Shown in pieces: positions 33,887 to 42,340 of a stretch of DNA of 50,270 nt. The notes below the pieces were generated by a model. That model was not told the origin of the DNA. It did not search any database and saw nothing but the letters and a program-made list of their open reading frames with translations. Location of the stretch: positions 1 to 50,270 of the IMG/VR virus record IMGVR_UViG_3300015195_000008; one strand, 5' to 3'. The translations under genes were made by a program, and so were the position numbers. How positions within the stretch are numbered: the first letter of the stretch is position 1; every line of letters starts with the position of its first letter. The stretch is from a virus. Taxonomy: Duplodnaviria; Caudoviricetes.

Positions 33887-34169
33887 GTGTTTAATATGCT
33901 GTAATACAGGACACAAAGCCCAATTCTGTCCTCAGATATTTGCAAGTAGTCCTGTAAAAGATGAGAAGGTAAACCATCCTACGCACTACAGTCAAGTGCC
34001 AGGAGTTGAATGTATAGAGGTAACACGTTGGTTTAACTTTTCACTTGGGAACGCTATCAAGTACATCTGGAGAGCGGGTTACAAGGGAGACAAAGCGGAA
34101 GACCTGAAAAAAGCGATTTGGTACTTACAGAACGAAATCGAAAGATTGGAATATAAAGATGTCCCGTAA
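33879..34169 (+). CDS. DUF3310 (T7 gp1.7-related) protein with N-terminal CCHC zinc knuckle
   Basis: VNHPTHY...ECIEV...GNAIKYIWRAGYKG...EDLKKAIWYL; CLIC-CNTG-H-KAQF-C. Confidence 0.85.
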   Translation: MLRCLICCNTGHKAQFCPQIFASSPVKDEKVNHPTHYSQVPGVECIEVTRWFNFSLGNAIKYIWRAGYKGDKAEDLKKAIWYLQNEIERLEYKDVP

Positions 34170-34827
34170 CTACAGGAACACCTCCGAGAAGTTTACATGG
34201 GAGCCCCGCACTAGGTCACAGATTGTGCTTCGTGACACGATCGCCAAGAAACGAATCACGTTGGCCGTAGGTCCTGCCGGGACAGGCAAGACTTTCGTAA
34301 CCGTTTGTTGTGCCTTTGAGGAATTGTTCTCCCGACGAGTTAGTGGTATAATTGTCTCCCGTCCTTTAGTGCCTGCAGGCAGAGACTTCGGTTTCCTGCC
34401 AGGGACTCTCGAGGAGAAGATAAGCCCCTTCCTGGCTCCTATACACGAGACGATCTTGGACCTCAACCTACCGAATACGCAGAGCCTCGTTGAAGGACTA
34501 GATGACTCTATTGAATGCGTGCCTCTGGAACTTATGAGAGGACGTACGTTCACCGAGAAGTTCATCATCGTCGATGAAGCACAGAACGCAACGCCCAAGC
34601 AAATTGAAATGGTTATGACCCGGCTAGGCATAGGCTCTCGAATGGTTCTCTGCGGAGACGTTCACCAGACGGATCTAAGGTCAGAGAGCGGCCTATCGGT
34701 TGCACTGAACCTGTTCAAGCTGGAGGAAGCGTTCGGGATTGTAAGGTTTGGGTTAGACGATATTCAACGAGAAGGGATTACTAGAACAGTTATAGAAAAA
34801 TTCCAAGAGTTCTTTGAAAGGAATTGA
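34159..34827 (+). CDS. phoH: PhoH-family ATPase
   Basis: GPAGTGKT, GFLPG, MRGRTF, DEAQN, TRLG, GDVHQTD. Confidence 0.93.
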   Translation: MSRNYRNTSEKFTWEPRTRSQIVLRDTIAKKRITLAVGPAGTGKTFVTVCCAFEELFSRRVSGIIVSRPLVPAGRDFGFLPGTLEEKISPFLAPIHETILDLNLPNTQSLVEGLDDSIECVPLELMRGRTFTEKFIIVDEAQNATPKQIEMVMTRLGIGSRMVLCGDVHQTDLRSESGLSVALNLFKLEEAFGIVRFGLDDIQREGITRTVIEKFQEFFERN

Positions 34828-35039
34828 TTCTTATGGCTAAGAAGAAAAAATTAGAACGGCTTCCTGAAATAGACGAAAAAATTCTTCTAAAAGATAATAT
34901 TTTTGGAACGTGGTTCCCTGTAACAGTTGTTGAGGCGGATGACGAAGCGGGATATTTTTATGTAGATAACGGAAAAAGCAGCGTGTACTTAGAATATAGC
35001 GAATATCCTCGTGTATGGAAGTATGTAAATGATAATTGA
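34824..35039 (+). CDS. small hypothetical protein (SH3/Tudor-like beta barrel)
   Basis: WFPVTVVEADDEAGYFYV. Confidence 0.5.
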   Translation: MILMAKKKKLERLPEIDEKILLKDNIFGTWFPVTVVEADDEAGYFYVDNGKSSVYLEYSEYPRVWKYVNDN

Positions 35040-36747
35040 TTATGCAAGAAATAACTCACTAACAGAACTAGGTAGGAAGACTTTAGAGCGGTCGTACCTC
35101 CTACCGGGAGAGACTCCACAAGACTGCTTCGCTCGTGTAGCAAAGGCGTTCTCAGACGATGATGGACATTCTCAAAGACTATATGACTACATGTCTAACT
35201 TTTGGTTTATGCCTGCTACTCCCATTCTATCTAATGGCGGTACAGATCGCGGTCTCCCTATTAGTTGTTTTCTTAATGAGGTGCCTGATTCGTTAGAAGG
35301 CATCGTCGATACTTGGAACGAAAACGTCTGGCTCTCAGCCAAAGGAGGAGGAATTGGAACCTACTGGGGAAACGTCCGATCAATTGGAGAATCTGTCCGC
35401 AAGGCTGGAGAGACTTCTGGAGTTATACCCTTCATCCACGTTCAAGACTCCCTCACACTGGCTATCTCACAAGGCTCTCTACGACGAGGAGCTGCGGCAG
35501 TCTATTTGCCTGTGGACCATCCTGAAATTGAAGAGTTCCTCGAAATCCGAAAAGCCTCCGGTGACTTCAACAGAAAAGGATTGAATCTAAATCATGGAAT
35601 TTGTTGTAGCGATACTTTTATGCGTGCTGTTAGGGTTGGGGATACTTTTGCTCTTCGTAGTCCTGTCACAGGCGCTATTCTCAGAATGGTAGACGCTCGA
35701 GAACTGTGGCAACGCATACTCGAAACAAGACTCCAAACCGGAGAGCCTTACCTCATCTTCATCGATACCGTGAATCGCGCCGCCCCGGCGCATCACAAGT
35801 CTCTCGGTCTCACGGTCAAGACTAGTAACCTGTGCAGCGAGATCACACTGCCGACGAACGAGGAGCGCACAGCCGTCTGTTGCCTTGCTTCCCTGAACCT
35901 TGCGAAGTGGGATGCCTGGAAGGATGATACGCTCATCGTAGAGGACATCCTCCGCATGCTCGACAACGTGCTGTCGGACTTCATCACGAAGGCAGGACCA
36001 GCACACGCTAAAGCCGTCCATAGCGCATTACAGGAGCGTTCCGTAGGTCTAGGCGTTATGGGCTTCCATTCGTTCCTACAAGCTAATAGCATACCGTTTG
36101 ATAGCTTCCTGGCTAAATCTTGGAACAACAAGATGTTTCGACACATTAGAGATGCTGCGAACGATGCGTCCGTCAAACTAGGAGCCGAGAAAGGACCTTG
36201 CCTTGATAACATCAAAGTCGGATGTATCAGCCGATTCAGCAATAAACTTGCAGTCGCTCCCACTGCCTCAATTTCTGTTATATGCGGAGGGACTTCGCCG
36301 GGAATCGAACCTTACCCATCGGTTATCTACAACCACAAAACCCTCTCGGGTAACGTCATCATCAAGAACGAGAGTTTCGAGGAGTTACTTGAAGCATACG
36401 AAAGAAACACCCAAGAAACGTGGTCCTCAATTATAGAAAAAAAGGGATCTGTCCAATACTTAGATTTTCTTCTTCAAGAAGAGAAGGACGTTTACAAGAC
36501 TGCCTTCGAGATAGACCAGCGGTGGATCACCGACCTCGCGGCAGACCGTCAACGGTACATCTGTCAGAGCCAGTCTCTCAACCTGTTCCTACCGTCAAAT
36601 ATCAGTAAGTACGACCTGCATAAACTCCACTTCTCTGCTTGGGAGAAGGGCGTCAAATCACTTTACTACGTCCGATCGAAGTCAGCCAGTGTTGCTGAGT
36701 TCGTCGGAGAAACTAAAAAATACGAGGAGTGTTTGAGTTGTGAATAA
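35029..36747 (+). CDS. nrdA: class I ribonucleotide reductase alpha subunit (no ATP cone)
   Basis: PATPILSN, ISCF, GGGIG, SNLCSEI, APTASIS, KSLYY, C-terminal CLSCE. Confidence 0.95.
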   Translation: MIIDYARNNSLTELGRKTLERSYLLPGETPQDCFARVAKAFSDDDGHSQRLYDYMSNFWFMPATPILSNGGTDRGLPISCFLNEVPDSLEGIVDTWNENVWLSAKGGGIGTYWGNVRSIGESVRKAGETSGVIPFIHVQDSLTLAISQGSLRRGAAAVYLPVDHPEIEEFLEIRKASGDFNRKGLNLNHGICCSDTFMRAVRVGDTFALRSPVTGAILRMVDARELWQRILETRLQTGEPYLIFIDTVNRAAPAHHKSLGLTVKTSNLCSEITLPTNEERTAVCCLASLNLAKWDAWKDDTLIVEDILRMLDNVLSDFITKAGPAHAKAVHSALQERSVGLGVMGFHSFLQANSIPFDSFLAKSWNNKMFRHIRDAANDASVKLGAEKGPCLDNIKVGCISRFSNKLAVAPTASISVICGGTSPGIEPYPSVIYNHKTLSGNVIIKNESFEELLEAYERNTQETWSSIIEKKGSVQYLDFLLQEEKDVYKTAFEIDQRWITDLAADRQRYICQSQSLNLFLPSNISKYDLHKLHFSAWEKGVKSLYYVRSKSASVAEFVGETKKYEECLSCE

Positions 36748-37753
36748 TTATGGACTGACCACATCTTCCGGTACTTACGATGTAACTAGATACCCTATAT
36801 TTTACGATTATTGGAAGCAGCAGCAGCAGACGCATTGGATAGGTGAGGAAGTCCCTCTAGGCAACGACATCAAGGATTGGGCTTCAGCCAGGATGACAGA
36901 CAATGATCGTGCCCTTCTGACTCAAATCTTCCGGTTCTTCACGCAAGCCGACGTAGAGGTAGGAGCTAACTACGTCGAACGTCTCATGCCGGTGTTCAAG
37001 CCGCTCGAGATACAGATGATGATGGCTGCCTTCACCAACATGGAAACGGTACACATCGACGCATATGCGCTCATCTTGAAGACTCTCGGCATGCCGCAGA
37101 CAGAGTTTGAAGCATTCCGTGACTACAAGGCCATGAGTGACAAGACTACGTACATGCACGGGTTCAAGATGGACACAGACGCCGATGTCGCTAAGACCCT
37201 CGCTATGTTCGGAGCCTTCACAGAAGGTATGAGTCTGTTCGCCAGTTTCGCCATGCTGCTTAACTTCCCACGGCGCAACTTAATGAACGGAATGGGGCAG
37301 ATCGTCACTTGGTCCGTACGCGACGAGAGCCTGCACTGTGAAGCGATGATTAAGCTGTACCACGCATGGAACAAGGAGACAGGTGCCGTAACCCCCGCCG
37401 TCAAAAGAAGTATCAGGACAATCGCCAGGAGGATGTGCGACCTCGAGGAGAACTTCGTCGATCTAGCGTTCTCTCTTGGACACGTTAAGGGAATGAACGA
37501 AGAAGAGATTAAGGCCTACGTTCGTTTCATTACTGACTGGAGACTTGTTCAACTCAAGCTGAAACCGATCAACGGTTACTTCGACAAGCAGGGCAGACAG
37601 ATCAGAGAACACCCCCTCCCCTGGATCGTCGAGATACTCAACGGCGTCGAGCACGCAAACTTCTTCGAGACCAGAGCAACCGATTATGCAAAAGGAGCCA
37701 GTACAGGAAACTGGCAGGAAGTATGGAGCAAAGTAGATGAAAAACACAGTTAA
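36740..37753 (+). CDS. nrdB: ribonucleotide reductase beta subunit
   Basis: FFTQADVEV, METVHIDAY, EGMSLF, RDESLH, NFFETRATDY. Confidence 0.95.
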   Translation: MNNYGLTTSSGTYDVTRYPIFYDYWKQQQQTHWIGEEVPLGNDIKDWASARMTDNDRALLTQIFRFFTQADVEVGANYVERLMPVFKPLEIQMMMAAFTNMETVHIDAYALILKTLGMPQTEFEAFRDYKAMSDKTTYMHGFKMDTDADVAKTLAMFGAFTEGMSLFASFAMLLNFPRRNLMNGMGQIVTWSVRDESLHCEAMIKLYHAWNKETGAVTPAVKRSIRTIARRMCDLEENFVDLAFSLGHVKGMNEEEIKAYVRFITDWRLVQLKLKPINGYFDKQGRQIREHPLPWIVEILNGVEHANFFETRATDYAKGASTGNWQEVWSKVDEKHS

Positions 37754-38348
37754 GCTCGTAGGATGGTATGGAGGAGACAAGACTCATGCCCAAGCCGCCT
37801 GGACGAGCACTCAAATCGAAGGCAAGGAAGAACGTATTCCAGGACTGTTGAAGATGCTTGCGGAGAACGAGCATGGAACGCCTTTTGAGCGTAGCCTGCT
37901 TCACTTCAATGCTACCGTCGATACGGCCACACACATTCAAATACTCAAGCATCGACACTTCTCAGTGAATGGAGAGAGTGCCAGGTACAAGGAGTACACG
38001 GAGGACAAGTATTACATCCCAGTAGATTGGGATGAGTTAAGCAGCAAAAACCTAAAAGAAGATGCAACAGAAGCATACGAGAGTTATCGCTACGCTTTAG
38101 AATACCTAGAAAAAAAACTAAAGGGAAGAAAGAGAGCAAAAGAGTCCGCTCGTTACTTCCTTCCTTACGCTATCCAAGTGAACCTAGACTTCTCGTGTAA
38201 CTTCAGAGCCTTCGTTCACTTTCAAAAGCTTAGAAACTCAGAGCATGCACAACTAGAGATTCGCGAGCTTGCTGCAGAGATGCTTCGACTTGTAAAGGAT
38301 GAAACCAATGGAGGTTATACATTCTCCCTGGCCGCTTGGAGTCTTTGA
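37737..38348 (+). CDS. thyX: flavin-dependent thymidylate synthase
   Basis: HGTPFE, QILKHRHFSVNGESARY, ESARYFLP, HAQLEIR. Confidence 0.92.
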   Translation: MKNTVKLVGWYGGDKTHAQAAWTSTQIEGKEERIPGLLKMLAENEHGTPFERSLLHFNATVDTATHIQILKHRHFSVNGESARYKEYTEDKYYIPVDWDELSSKNLKEDATEAYESYRYALEYLEKKLKGRKRAKESARYFLPYAIQVNLDFSCNFRAFVHFQKLRNSEHAQLEIRELAAEMLRLVKDETNGGYTFSLAAWSL

Positions 38349-38700
38349 CCAACGGCCAGACTGGACGGACTACTTCTTAGATATCGCTAGTACAGTCTCT
38401 AACCGTAGTACATGCCCTAGGCTTCAAGTCGGATGCGTTATTACTCAAGGCAACCGAATCATAGCGACAGGGTACAACGGAGCGCCTCAAGGAAAGCCTC
38501 ACTGTTACGACGAAGGATGTTTCCTGATAGCCGGTCACTGTACTAGAGCGATTCATGCAGAGCCTAATGCTCTAATGTTCATTAGCAGTCACACGAAATT
38601 TTTATCTGCTTATGTTACTCACAAGCCTTGTGAATACTGCGAGGCATTACTCAAGGCTAACAACATAAAGAAAGTTTTCTACAGGAGCGTTTATCCATGA
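38299..38700 (+). CDS. dCMP deaminase
   Basis: RSTCPRLQVGCVI, TGYNG, HAEPNA, PCEYC. Confidence 0.9.
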   Translation: MKPMEVIHSPWPLGVFDQRPDWTDYFLDIASTVSNRSTCPRLQVGCVITQGNRIIATGYNGAPQGKPHCYDEGCFLIAGHCTRAIHAEPNALMFISSHTKFLSAYVTHKPCEYCEALLKANNIKKVFYRSVYP

Positions 38701-39575
38701 ACACACATTTTAAATACGACTACAACCGAACCGTGAAGTTTGAAGAGTGTTACGAGGACGATCTTCGTATCGACCCAGAAGAGCGCAAAGACATCATAAA
38801 GTCTGGCCTCGTCGTGTACATCCAAGGGAGCTGTGGACTAATAGGAGAATGCTACGGAGCTACTCCTTTCGCTCTGGAGTTCATCGACGAAACTCCCGAA
38901 GACTGTCATCCTTTAGATGAAGAGTCAATATACGTCTGCAACACGAAGATACTCCCCATGTACCAAGGCCAGGGGTACGGGAAAGCCCTCATTGAGGAGT
39001 TCGCCCGGCATGCGTCCGATCAAGGCTACGTGAAGCTCGTTGGTCACGCTACAACCCCAGCCATGAAGCACCTAAGAGAGAAGCAGGGAGCTATCTTTCA
39101 CGAGAAGGGCATCCATGAGAAATGGTACGGTACCGATCGTACAGCGCACTTCTACACCCAGTTCCTTACTCAAGACAAGGACCACAACTGCGGTCCCGTC
39201 GCCCTGGCTTACCTACTCGAGAGATTGGGCAAAAGCTTCCTCGTATACTACCTAGAAGCGTACATGGGCACAGACGAGGAGTACGGCACAAGTCCTGAGT
39301 CTATGGAGGACTTCCTCCGAGACAAGAAAATTCCTTACGAAAGAACCGGCACGTACCTTCGACCCAATTCGATCATCGACATCACAGTAGGAGAACCGGG
39401 AGATGAGGATGGGCATTGGATTGTACTGAATGATATGTACTACAGTACGGAAGGAAGCATGTACTGGAATGTTTACGACCCGGAAAAGGGATTGATTATT
39501 TATACACATGAAATGATTCTGAAAATGTGGAACTCTCCGCGCCACGGCAAAAATAAGGGATTTAAACTGCTATGA
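38697..39575 (+). CDS. GNAT acetyltransferase - C39-like cysteine peptidase fusion
   Basis: GNAT motif A ILPMYQGQGYGKALI; C39 motifs QDKDHNCGPVAL, GTS, GHWIVL, VYDP. Confidence 0.75.
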   Translation: MNTHFKYDYNRTVKFEECYEDDLRIDPEERKDIIKSGLVVYIQGSCGLIGECYGATPFALEFIDETPEDCHPLDEESIYVCNTKILPMYQGQGYGKALIEEFARHASDQGYVKLVGHATTPAMKHLREKQGAIFHEKGIHEKWYGTDRTAHFYTQFLTQDKDHNCGPVALAYLLERLGKSFLVYYLEAYMGTDEEYGTSPESMEDFLRDKKIPYERTGTYLRPNSIIDITVGEPGDEDGHWIVLNDMYYSTEGSMYWNVYDPEKGLIIYTHEMILKMWNSPRHGKNKGFKLL

Positions 39576-40384
39576 GTGAGAAGCTAGTAATCTCCTACAG
39601 TAGCTTAGCAGCGTTCAAGAACTGCCCCAAGAGTTATGAGATAGAGTACGACTGGAAGCGCCAATCGAACCACGAGAACGAGGCTATTAACCGAGGCAGT
39701 ATTTTTCACCGTTACATGGAAGCAGCAGTAAAAGGCCCATATTATGAAGTGTTGCCCGAAGACGCAAACGAAGAGATGTTCCAAATTTCCTCAGACTACC
39801 TTCAAGCTAGAGGTCTACCTGGAAATATAAAGTACGTCGAAGAATCGTTCTACTATGAGATACTGCCTGAAGTTGATTTCCGAATCACGCCTGACCTTGT
39901 GTACGAGAAGGACAGTACAACCTTGATATGCCGCGACTGGAAGACCTTCGGTAAGAGTCCATCGGTAGACATCCATATTAGTGACCAGGCAAGGTTCTAC
40001 ATCGTAGTCCTAGAGGCTCTAAACCCCGGCTACAACGTCGAATTTGAGTTTGAGTACATCCGGTCAGCACGTATCGGAGTACCGCGCCCTAGGAGCCCTG
40101 CATGGACCGCACAAGACAGTTACTTTACCGTTCCTTACTCGTTAAGTCCCCTGCAGAAGGCAGGAACTTGGAGAGACCTCGAAGAAGGTATCATGTCCCT
40201 GGTGGGCGCTAAAGCACGGAAGGTGTGGTACCGCACAGGGAGAATGGGTTTCGGTATGGGGACCTGCACAAACTGCCTACAGAGGCCTTTATGCTCCGAG
40301 GAATGGGAGCACGGGTTTGTAAGCCAGGAGAGGCTACAAGCACTTTCAACAGAGCGAGAATCCCTAAAGATTGAGGATATATGA
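39572..40384 (+). CDS. Cas4/AddB-like PD-(D/E)XK exonuclease
   Basis: SYSSL..FKNCP, GSIFH, PDLV, DWKT, QARFY, CTNCLQRPLC. Confidence 0.85.
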   Translation: MSEKLVISYSSLAAFKNCPKSYEIEYDWKRQSNHENEAINRGSIFHRYMEAAVKGPYYEVLPEDANEEMFQISSDYLQARGLPGNIKYVEESFYYEILPEVDFRITPDLVYEKDSTTLICRDWKTFGKSPSVDIHISDQARFYIVVLEALNPGYNVEFEFEYIRSARIGVPRPRSPAWTAQDSYFTVPYSLSPLQKAGTWRDLEEGIMSLVGAKARKVWYRTGRMGFGMGTCTNCLQRPLCSEEWEHGFVSQERLQALSTERESLKIEDI

Positions 40385-41127
40385 TTTACTACACAAATTG
40401 TGATGGACACGGGCTAGACTCCGTGCGGAACATAATCCGAGACAACCCTACGGAAATAACCGTGATCGACGGCGGGACCTTTAAGGCGTTCAACGATAAC
40501 GCTACTAAAACCAAGTTCAAAGAGGGAGATACCTTCATAGTCGATACACTCTCAGAACTTTCAGCGAATTTAATCCGTGAGTACCGTTTCCGCAACATGA
40601 AAGAAGGGGAGTCCTTTGAAAGTTACTACAATACGTGGGATAAGACGAACTCCCAATCAGCATATGCTATGGCAGAACAAATCTTCATGCAGAGCATAAA
40701 ACTGCTTCACCATAAAGGAGTTAAGATCATACTGACGATGCACGAAGGTACTCAAATAAACGAAAAGACCGGGTCAAAGACTACTGGGCCAGAGCTGTCT
40801 CCTAAGTTTTTCAACAGGGTAAGCGGCTCATGCAACGCGATGTTCCGTTTGAAAATTGAGTACACCCAAAAACAACAAGAGAATGGGAAGGTGATACCCG
40901 TAGAGAAGCGAATACTTATGATTCGTCCGGTAGAGGACTTCATCTTGAAGTGCCACGCTCCCCCGGAAGAAATAGAGAAAATACCCTTCGAGCTAGTAAA
41001 TCCCACTATCCCTAAACTCCAAGCCAAGTTAGGCTTTGAACCGTCATTCATGGTCGTGTATGGACCTCCCGGAGCAGGGAAATCCACTTTCGTACTCTCG
41101 CAATTCGCAAAGGAGAAAACCAAATGA
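40381..41127 (+). CDS. Sak4/AAA_24-like ATPase, circularly permuted
   Basis: Walker B FIVDTLSEL near the N-terminus, IILTMHE, GPEL, C-terminal MVVYGPPGAGKST. Confidence 0.75.
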   Translation: MIYYTNCDGHGLDSVRNIIRDNPTEITVIDGGTFKAFNDNATKTKFKEGDTFIVDTLSELSANLIREYRFRNMKEGESFESYYNTWDKTNSQSAYAMAEQIFMQSIKLLHHKGVKIILTMHEGTQINEKTGSKTTGPELSPKFFNRVSGSCNAMFRLKIEYTQKQQENGKVIPVEKRILMIRPVEDFILKCHAPPEEIEKIPFELVNPTIPKLQAKLGFEPSFMVVYGPPGAGKSTFVLSQFAKEKTK

Positions 41128-41312
41128 GTCTGTTACAAGAAATGCAAGAAACCCACGGGAGACTCTTAAAAGAAGCAATTTCATACGCAGAGCAGAGAGG
41201 ACTAGAAGGCGCGTACATAGAGCTAACGATTGTAAAAGACAAAAGCAAGCCTGTTGAAGAAGTAGGCAACTCTCACGTTTTTACAAAGCAACTTAAAGGA
41301 GAAACCAAATGA
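41124..41312 (+). CDS. small hypothetical protein
   Basis: 62 aa, AAGGAG RBS, ATGA overlaps. Confidence 0.6.
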   Translation: MSLLQEMQETHGRLLKEAISYAEQRGLEGAYIELTIVKDKSKPVEEVGNSHVFTKQLKGETK

Positions 41313-41779
41313 GCGGCCTTCGTAAAATCAATCTGTCAGAACTCGCAAGCACCTACGAACCTATCCCAGATGGCGAGTACGAGATCAAATTAGACAACCT
41401 CGACCCTACTGTGTCCGCCGCCGGGAACGATACGGTCAAAGTGACCTACGTTATTACAAAGGGTCCGCATAAAGGCACTGAGATTTTTCAGTGGTACACT
41501 CCGATGTCTACTAAAAACGGTAAAGTGTCCTATATGGGTCTCTCACAAATGGCCTCTATCTACAAGAAAATCGGTGTACATGAGTCGTTATACTCTGAAC
41601 TAAGCACGGACAAGGTCGAAGCCGGTAAACTCTTTCAGAAACTCGTAAAAGGCAAAGTCATGGAAGCTTACGTCACGACGGAGCAGCGCAAAGATGACCC
41701 GAACAAAACCTCTACCCGCGTGAATATCGTCGGACTAGCAGGCGGAACCGTTGCTGAAGAAGTAGAGGAGGAAGAGTAA
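41309..41779 (+). CDS. DUF669-type single-stranded DNA-binding protein
   Basis: YEPIPDGEYEI, SAAGN, GPHKG, acidic tail EEVEEEE; adjacent to Sak4 and Cas4-like genes. Confidence 0.75.
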   Translation: MSGLRKINLSELASTYEPIPDGEYEIKLDNLDPTVSAAGNDTVKVTYVITKGPHKGTEIFQWYTPMSTKNGKVSYMGLSQMASIYKKIGVHESLYSELSTDKVEAGKLFQKLVKGKVMEAYVTTEQRKDDPNKTSTRVNIVGLAGGTVAEEVEEEE

Positions 41780-42180
41780 TGCCTCTCACTCCAGAGAACA
41801 AGGCGAAGGCGCAAATCAAGAAGTACCTCGACACTCTAGCGCCTTACCTCTTCTACTTCTCGGTACCTGTCGGGCCTCACAGCCGGGCAGGTATCTCAGA
41901 CATCATCTGCTGCTACCAAGGACAGTTCTTGTCGATAGAAGTGAAGAGCCCTGAAGCGTACAAACGAAAGGAACACGGAAGAAGTCCTGCACAATCGAAG
42001 TTCTGTATGGACGTTTACTACGCAGGAGGACACGCTCTTACGTCTTGTGCGCCTGAAGAGATTAAAGAGTACATAGGTCTGTTTATGGGAAAGGTAGATG
42101 AAGGACTGTTTTTAAGACGAAAGGAAATAATGACTCCGTGGGTATCCCAACACTCCTTAGAAGAGGAAAAAGGGAAATAA
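41779..42180 (+). CDS. VRR-NUC nuclease / Holliday junction resolvase
   Basis: TPE..K..IKKYL, GISDII, IEVK, SPAQ. Confidence 0.85.
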   Translation: MPLTPENKAKAQIKKYLDTLAPYLFYFSVPVGPHSRAGISDIICCYQGQFLSIEVKSPEAYKRKEHGRSPAQSKFCMDVYYAGGHALTSCAPEEIKEYIGLFMGKVDEGLFLRRKEIMTPWVSQHSLEEEKGK

Positions 42181-42340
42181 CGGCTATAGCCTTCATCAAC
42201 TTCTCAATGACGTTTATGCGTTTCAGAACCGTATTAGTCTTCTCCACAACACCCATACTCCGCTGAGACGCCGAGATCCAAATACCAAAAAGGGCTTCGT
42301 CATGTAAGGCAAGCTCTTTTTGCATTTCAGCCTGCGTCAT
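42083..42340 (-). CDS. small coiled-coil protein with C-terminal hydrophobic segment
   Basis: 85 aa; last gene of the late arm; overlaps VRR-NUC convergently. Confidence 0.45.
   Translation of the reverse strand: MTQAEMQKELALHDEALFGIWISASQRSMGVVEKTNTVLKRINVIEKLMKAIAVISLFPLLRSVGIPTESLFPFVLKTVLHLPFP

Noticed and set aside
31595-37753. Introns or inteins in polA, nrdA or nrdB
   Set aside because: ORFs are continuous, of compact length, with no intein-like insertions visible
39572-40384. Cas4-like gene as part of a CRISPR-Cas system
   Set aside because: It sits in the usual phage exonuclease-Sak4-SSB recombination module with no array or cas1/cas2
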